A DNA stretch of 64,000 nt from positions 7,932-71,931 of the IMG/VR virus record IMGVR_UViG_3300031994_000081, one strand, 5' to 3'. Of this stretch, positions 59,125 to 64,000 are shown one piece after another (positions within the stretch are counted from its first letter, which is position 1; every line of letters starts with the position of its first letter). A program made the position numbers and the translations under genes. The DNA is from a virus. Its lineage: Duplodnaviria; Caudoviricetes. The notes under the pieces were generated by a model. It had not been told where the DNA came from, searched no databases, and saw only the letters and a list, made by a program, of their open reading frames with translations.

Positions 59125-60180
59125 TCATTTGGGAGATTTCCTTAAAGAGTTGCAAAGGCGTTGAATCCATGTCAGTTTACATTTTTTTTTTTTCATGTTG
59201 GCAGAAGCAACAAAAGGAACCATACTGCAATAGCTGAACTTGTCGTCCCAATAACTGCGAGCACCAACACTGCCCAGGCCATTGCGCCAACTGCTGCACT
59301 GAGAGTGCTCCGTCGAAGTCCAATACCATCTACTCATAGTAAATGGGCAGGCTACATGAGCAATAGAACAAGCAGCAGCAATGTAAATAAGGTTCTTCCA
59401 GACAAGTTCCATTTCACCAAGAGCAGGAATATAATGGTTTTCATTGAGCTTTGCTACAGCATTATAGGCTTCATACCTCTTGGGATTGTTCTCACAAGTT
59501 TTTTTCCAAGACTTAGTATGCTTGTAACCATCCATATCCTTCATGGCTTCTTCTGTATCAGGAATATGCTTGTCAAGCTTGCTGCTCCAATCATTATCAA
59601 TAGAGATACTCTCTATCAGATTCTGAATGTCAGCAACCACAGGCTCATTACCATTGAAACCAACAACAATGCCTTGGATGTCCTTTTTAGCACAACTAGC
59701 AGCTACAGCAGGACCAACAAAATCATTAAATACCAAGAAAGAGCCAATAGCTACTCCTTCATTATTTTTAGGAGATTCAGAGTAAACAGCAGATGCTATC
59801 TCCTCATCCATACCAGCACAATCCTCTGGCTTAACTTCCTTGTTGGTTACAAAGAGTTTCTTGGCACAGATAGTTGATTTATCAATACCATACCAATACT
59901 CAGTCCCTTCAGGAATATAAGCCTCAAGACATCTGCCTATTCCAAAGTCAGGCCATAGGCAGGCATGAATAGCACCACCATTGATTTCCCATCTCTTGCC
60001 GTCACTATAGGGACTGAGATAAGTTTCAGATGGTTGTGCAATAAACTCTTTATTGAGTTCAAACCAAGTCCTTCGACAAGGACTTTTAGCTTTGTCAGCT
60101 GATATTTCCCTGACATGCTTGTAAACCTTGATGTCTTTTGAAGCCACCATAGGTTTCTGATGATAAGTTACTAGGCACAT
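59125..60180 (-). CDS. DGR target-like protein with a C-terminal C-type-lectin-fold variable region
   Basis: YIPALGEM...WYWTSTEHSQCSSW...WDDKFSYCSMVPF. The region is rich in NNC/NNT codons (TGC AGC AGT CGC GGC GAC) and lies next to the RT remnant. Confidence 0.7.
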   Translation of the reverse strand: MCLVTYHQKPMVASKDIKVYKHVREISADKAKSPCRRTWFELNKEFIAQPSETYLSPYSDGKRWEINGGAIHACLWPDFGIGRCLEAYIPEGTEYWYGIDKSTICAKKLFVTNKEVKPEDCAGMDEEIASAVYSESPKNNEGVAIGSFLVFNDFVGPAVAASCAKKDIQGIVVGFNGNEPVVADIQNLIESISIDNDWSSKLDKHIPDTEEAMKDMDGYKHTKSWKKTCENNPKRYEAYNAVAKLNENHYIPALGEMELVWKNLIYIAAACSIAHVACPFTMSRWYWTSTEHSQCSSWRNGLGSVGARSYWDDKFSYCSMVPFVASANMKKKKCKLTWIQRLCNSLRKSPK

Positions 60181-60201
60181 AATTTTGGGGGTTTTAAATT
60201 A

Positions 60202-60444
60202 TTAAAATTTGATTAATTTTCCTGTAATATACTCTGATGAAATCTTACTAAGATTCTCATCAGTAGCTTGGTCTTGAAGATAGCAATTAAGCCAATTCAT
60301 AGACTTGCTTGTCCTTCTAAAAAGGCAGCTATTAGTCCATTCCTTATCAACCATCATATTTCTGTGGATTCTCAGAGTATCAAGAATTTCATCTAATATC
60401 CACGCTGGTACTGTTATAGGTTTTTCACTATTTGTCATAACCAT
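60202..60444 (-). CDS. Hypothetical protein
   Basis: Coupled ORF. Confidence 0.5.
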   Translation of the reverse strand: MVMTNSEKPITVPAWILDEILDTLRIHRNMMVDKEWTNSCLFRRTSKSMNWLNCYLQDQATDENLSKISSEYITGKLIKF

Positions 60445-60929
60445 ACTGAATAATTGGAACCATTACTGCTAGTACCTAATGTTGAATTATCAACTATAAT
60501 AGGAGAAGCAGCCATCATATCCATCCATAGTTTACAGCTTGTTCTAGCCTTAAGTAACTCATCCATTATAGATGTATATTGAGCAGCTTCTATAGCAATA
60601 GAGGTCTCTACACTTTTGAGCTGTATTACAGCCCCTTTCTTACGTCTATCAAGGAAATCAATCTCTTTTCGCAATTGGTCTTTGAACCATTGTAGAGCAT
60701 CAAACTTAGTAGTAAAAATGAGATAACCTTGCTTTGAGGGAACTCTGTTCCTATTATTGTAAGTATGATAGACCCAATCCTTGAAACCTTCCTTGGGACA
60801 CAATGAGAATACTGTTTTCTTCTCAGTGTGACTGACTGAATCAACAGTCCTCTCTACCATGTCAAAATGAGATTTCTCAATGATTACTTCATAGAGAATA
60901 GTACCTATTTTAATGTCTTTGAATGTCAT
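60435..60929 (-). CDS. Hypothetical protein
   Basis: The ATG follows a poly-A leader. Confidence 0.6.
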   Translation of the reverse strand: MTFKDIKIGTILYEVIIEKSHFDMVERTVDSVSHTEKKTVFSLCPKEGFKDWVYHTYNNRNRVPSKQGYLIFTTKFDALQWFKDQLRKEIDFLDRRKKGAVIQLKSVETSIAIEAAQYTSIMDELLKARTSCKLWMDMMAASPIIVDNSTLGTSSNGSNYSVWL

Positions 60930-60945
60930 GTTTTTTTTTTTTTTA

Positions 60946-61001
60946 TGGTCTCTATAGGAATTGAACCTATACTCCTCAGCTTATGAGACTGCTGCTTTCT
61001 A
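60946..61001 (-). pseudogene. 5'-truncated tRNA(CAT)
   Basis: AGAAAGC A GCAGT CT CAT AA GCTGA..ATAGG TTCAATT CCTAT AGAGACC A. The 5' acceptor strand and 5' D strand are missing. Confidence 0.65.
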
Positions 61002-61009
61002 AGTATTTG

Positions 61010-61655
61010 TGCTCCTCACCAGATTCGAACTGGTACGCCTTTTTAGGCAAGGGATTTTCTTACCACACTATGTTACCATAGCCAAACAACGACATTGCAA
61101 CTCACATGCAATTGGGTGATTCTCCCGTCGGATATTCCTAGTTGTTTGTTGTGGTCTGGACTGTCTCTTTACCATATTGAAATTCTTCAAAGTAATATTA
61201 TCAACGAATTGTTGGATTTCATACCAACCACCTCCCATTTATTATGGGTGCTCTTTTGAATCCTGCGCTATCATCGTCTTAATATAATTTCAACTTAGGT
61301 ATCTCCCGTTCAGTCTCTACACGTTTATAGTATGTAGGCATATCTGATTTGCCCTACTTTTAATGCCTGCCCAGTTCTTACGATATAGGTTAATTAGGCC
61401 TATCTGGGATACTATTTTCGCTCAGTATTGTCCTACACATTATTGATTAGTGGTCTCACGCCCATGTTTTACGCTTTGACATATAGTAAGAGGCCGGAGT
61501 TTAACCGGCAGCCCCTTATTACAAGGGGTAGACAAATCTCTCCAGATACAATCAAGGATTTTTACCGAATTTAGGAGATTCTACTATGGAATTTCTTGCC
61601 ATAGCACTCAAATTATTATTAAGTCCCTTGTGTCTACCTATTCCACCAGAGGAGC
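61010..61655 (-). tRNA. tRNA-Leu(TAA) split by a group I intron (exons 61655-61621 and 61058-61010)
   Basis: GCTCCTC TG GTGGAATAGGTAGACAC A AGGGA CT T|AA AA TCCCT ... GTTCGAATC ... GAGGAGC A gives an 84-nt Leu tRNA. Confidence 0.9.
61059..61620 (-). mobile_element. ORF-less group I intron (562 nt) in the anticodon of tRNA-Leu(UAA)
   Basis: Inserted after U34 and ends in G. The guide GAGT pairs with exon ACTT. Core elements: AAATTCGGTAAAAATCC, GTGTAGAGACTG, AAGAGACAGTCC. Confidence 0.88.
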
Positions 61656-62003
61656 GACCATTTTAGTCTGAAATTTGTACATTAAGCTCTCGGGCTCTTA
61701 TGTCAATTTGTCTATTGAGTTTGTACATCTTTGCAACTATTGAAACCTAACTGTATTAATAATTTAAGTCTCTCAGTTTCATCTGGTTTTGGAGGTAAAT
61801 CCTCTAAAATAGCAAGTTGCTTCTGGAGTAATGAAGAAGCATAATTGACTAGTGTTGTTGATATAGTCATAAGTGCTTTTAAATTAATTTCTATTTTCGG
61901 CTAGAGTTTTAGGAGCATTAAGGTCTTCAAGAGCTTTATTGTATCCTGTTAGACATCCTTCTCTAATATTATGCAATAGTTGCTATAAGACTCTCTTATT
62001 TAG

Positions 62004-62077
62004 TGGAGAGAGTGGGTGTCGAACCACACATCTTGGGATTTTCAGTCCCACGCATAGACCAGCTTTGCTATCTCTCC
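62004..62077 (-). tRNA. tRNA-Phe(GAA)
   Basis: Acceptor GGAGAGA/TCTCTCC; anticodon arm TGGGA CT GAA AA TCCCA. Confidence 0.9.
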
Positions 62078-62155
62078 ATTAGATGCAAGTAGAACAGAAT
62101 CTCTCTGTACTATTAGAAAACATCCTGTGGGTTCTCTCTTGCATCATATTGTCAG

Positions 62156-62911
62156 TTACTTTCGCCACCAACATTTCTTCTTACCCAAGAACTTTCTAAG
62201 CTCTTCTTCTGCTTTGTCAGCAGCTGCCTGAAGCTCAGCAAGTTTCTCTTCATTACTCTTAGAAGCCTCCTTGAGTTGCTTCTCAGTCTCTTCAAGCTGT
62301 TTCTCAAGTTCTTCATTCCTCTTCTTAAGAGCCTCTATGTTAGCACGATACTTAGCCTCATATTCTTTGATGAGTTCCTCAGAAAGTTGGGTACGTCTTT
62401 TCTTATAGCTATCCCTCTCACTGTTGAGACTATCGACAGCAGTCTTATGCTCCTGTTGAATCTGCTCCTTCAGCATCTCCTCAACTTTAAGGCGAATATC
62501 TTCAAAGCCAACAAGAGTGTCAGTTCTAGAGGGCATTTCAGTGTCCATTGAAGTAGCAACAGCATAATGCTTGTTACCTTCATTCCAACAACGCACACAT
62601 ATTTGAGCAAGCTCCACAGGACTCAAGTCTAGAGCAGGATAAGAAACATTGATGTAAGGGTAACCCTTTCTAACACCACCACTCATTCCCTTAACCTGTA
62701 TAGTTTTCTTAATTTGATAAAGAATACGGTCAGTAAGTTCTCCTTCTTCCACTCTAGGAATGAGATGTTGGATTTCTCTCCTGATGATGACCTTTGAGGA
62801 ACTTCTTAGGTCTTTGTTTTCTTGCTTTAGCTCTTCAACACGAGCTTCAGCAGCCTTGCGAGCTTCACGCATTGCATCATACTCACTCAATTCAATTTCT
62901 AACTTTGCCAT
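62156..62911 (-). CDS. Hypothetical coiled-coil protein
   Basis: The true start is MAKLEIE at 62911. The listed extension to 62992 overlaps tRNA-Pro. Confidence 0.65.
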   Translation of the reverse strand: MAKLEIELSEYDAMREARKAAEARVEELKQENKDLRSSSKVIIRREIQHLIPRVEEGELTDRILYQIKKTIQVKGMSGGVRKGYPYINVSYPALDLSPVELAQICVRCWNEGNKHYAVATSMDTEMPSRTDTLVGFEDIRLKVEEMLKEQIQQEHKTAVDSLNSERDSYKKRRTQLSEELIKEYEAKYRANIEALKKRNEELEKQLEETEKQLKEASKSNEEKLAELQAAADKAEEELRKFLGKKKCWWRK

Positions 62912-62934
62912 CTTTTTTTTTTGGTTGTTATTAG

Positions 62935-63007
62935 TAGGGTAGACTGGACTCGAACCAGCGACCTCTTGCTCCCAAAGCAAGTGTTCTGCCAACTAAACTA
63001 CTACCCT
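62935..63007 (-). tRNA. tRNA-Pro(TGG)
   Basis: Acceptor AGGGTAG/CTACCCT; anticodon arm CTTGC TT TGG GA GCAAG. Confidence 0.9.
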
Positions 63008-63074
63008 AAGTATTGAATACGACCCATCGGCCTTAAAAGAGGAATCACTCCTCAGTCTCTGCCTGTAGCCATAT

Positions 63075-63872
63075 TCAATATAACATATTAATCCTTCTAA
63101 AGTCTTCTCCTTCAGGTATTGGACAATCCTTTACCCATTTTATGTGTTTCACATCCCACATAACAGCTATTCTCCTTTGTTGTGCTTTACTAAAACCCTT
63201 CTCAATTATCTCATCAATCTCAGGAAAGACATTGAGTCTCATGCTCATATCCCTAAGATAAGGACAACCATCCAAGTGATAACTAATAGCATCAAGAACA
63301 TTGAGTTCTGCTACATTGTGAGGAGTGTACACGATGCCATCAATATGCTTGAGTATCTTCTCAATAAGATGACCATGATGAGTGGCTGTATACACATAGA
63401 ATTTGGCAATAGGAAGTCCCTGAGCCTGCTGAATGAGTTTGATGGATGTAATAAGATTGATTAGATAACGCACCTTCTTGACAGAACTCAATGGCTCTCC
63501 ACCAGTAATCATTATCTCATCATAATCCCATCTATCCACAACAGGCAGAGTGTCAAAGTCAAACTGATTGTTACAGCACATTGGACATTTATTATGACAC
63601 TTTGTTGTTACCAATAATCGTAATTTCTTGTTCATTCCTTCTCGATTTAATTGTGGTCTTGGTATACTTATAATTTGTGGTTTCTTAGGTATTCTCCTTT
63701 TGTGTCTCCTTGACCTTCTTATCGTTCTCTTCTTCAATGGATTAGCTAAAGAGTTATACATATTCATTTGAACCTTATATCTTTCAGGTTCTATTGGATT
63801 GGAGAAAACTTCTCTAGCTACCCTTTCTAGGTCTTGAAGAGTGAATGTTTGATAAGTTGCTTGTTCTGACAT
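63075..63872 (-). CDS. Radical SAM domain protein with a basic N-terminal extension
   Basis: TTKCHNKCPMCC (CxxxCxxC) and ITGGEP. The SAM domain starts near residue 80. Confidence 0.8.
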   Translation of the reverse strand: MSEQATYQTFTLQDLERVAREVFSNPIEPERYKVQMNMYNSLANPLKKRTIRRSRRHKRRIPKKPQIISIPRPQLNREGMNKKLRLLVTTKCHNKCPMCCNNQFDFDTLPVVDRWDYDEIMITGGEPLSSVKKVRYLINLITSIKLIQQAQGLPIAKFYVYTATHHGHLIEKILKHIDGIVYTPHNVAELNVLDAISYHLDGCPYLRDMSMRLNVFPEIDEIIEKGFSKAQQRRIAVMWDVKHIKWVKDCPIPEGEDFRRINMLY

Positions 63873-63882
63873 CTTTTTTTTT

Positions 63883-63980
63883 TGGTAGCGGGTCTAGGAG
63901 TCGAACCTAGTATCCTAAGGTTATGAACCTTAGATAATAAACGCCATATCACACAGCGAAATCCGTTTCACTCCCCCGCT
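63883..63980 (-). tRNA. tRNA(CAT) with an extra hairpin before the D arm (98 nt)
   Basis: Acceptor AGCGGGG/ACCCGCT ACCA, anticodon arm TAAGG TT CAT AA CCTTA, normal T arm, and about 20 extra nt (AGTGAAA CGGA TTTCGCT). Confidence 0.7.
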
Positions 63981-64000
63981 ATTTATTACCAGCAGATACT

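Noticed and set aside
59200-59335. An active DGR
   Set aside because: No template repeat was found by eye in the window, and the RT lacks its catalytic region.
61700-61985. Small ORF fragments between tRNA-Leu and tRNA-Phe
   Set aside because: One ~52-codon ORF and one start-less fragment with no motifs; insufficient support to annotate.
63010-63075. Hammerhead or HDV-like (theta) ribozyme
   Set aside because: CTGAGGA is not followed by a stem plus GAAA, and I could not fit the HDV nested pseudoknot. I recognised no theta ribozyme 3' of any tRNA.
904-63464. The many short antisense or alternate-frame ORFs in the track (e.g. 10506..11132, 44372..45454, 59161..59877)
   Set aside because: They lie entirely opposite or inside well-supported genes and show no recognisable motifs; typical shadows of biased codon usage.
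1-64000. Stop-codon reassignment (TAG to Gln or TGA to Trp), as in some Crassvirales
   Set aside because: The giant genes are open under code 11, TAG and TGA both end genes (several in ATGA overlaps), and I saw no CTA or TCA suppressor tRNA. All major gene breaks are explained by introns.

Overview
This is a 64 kb fragment of a crAss-like (Crassvirales) phage of a Bacteroidota host, inferred from gene content and TAnnTTTG promoters. It uses genetic code 11. From 1 to 11.9 kb the + strand carries three large virion cargo/ejection-type genes. These converge at a bidirectional terminator with a minus-strand block that runs to the window end: a 1334-aa protein, the DFDID-motif virion RNA polymerase, nucleotide metabolism genes (thyX, dut, nrdD/nrdG, ung, PNK), and replication genes (intron-split polA and dnaB, primase, AAA recombinase, SF2 helicase). 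The last 10 kb is a tRNA/ncRNA-rich accessory region. Five group I introns could be mapped to the nucleotide: polA, a JAB protease gene, two in dnaB, and tRNA-Leu(UAA). The standout observations are: (1) a Ro60/TROVE gene flanked by four predicted RNAs sharing one covarying two-strand module, which is grafted into the D-loop of tRNA-Tyr, into the anticodon stem of a tRNA(AGG), wrapped around a tRNA-Gln, and closes a 227-nt non-tRNA RNA; (2) a phage Ubl-E2-JAB-E1 cassette; (3) sister introns in a tRNA anticodon and in dnaB; (4) a fossil DGR; (5) a tmRNA with a displaced second 3' end beyond an HNH gene. All calls come from reading the sequence and recognising motifs. No database searches or folding programs were run.
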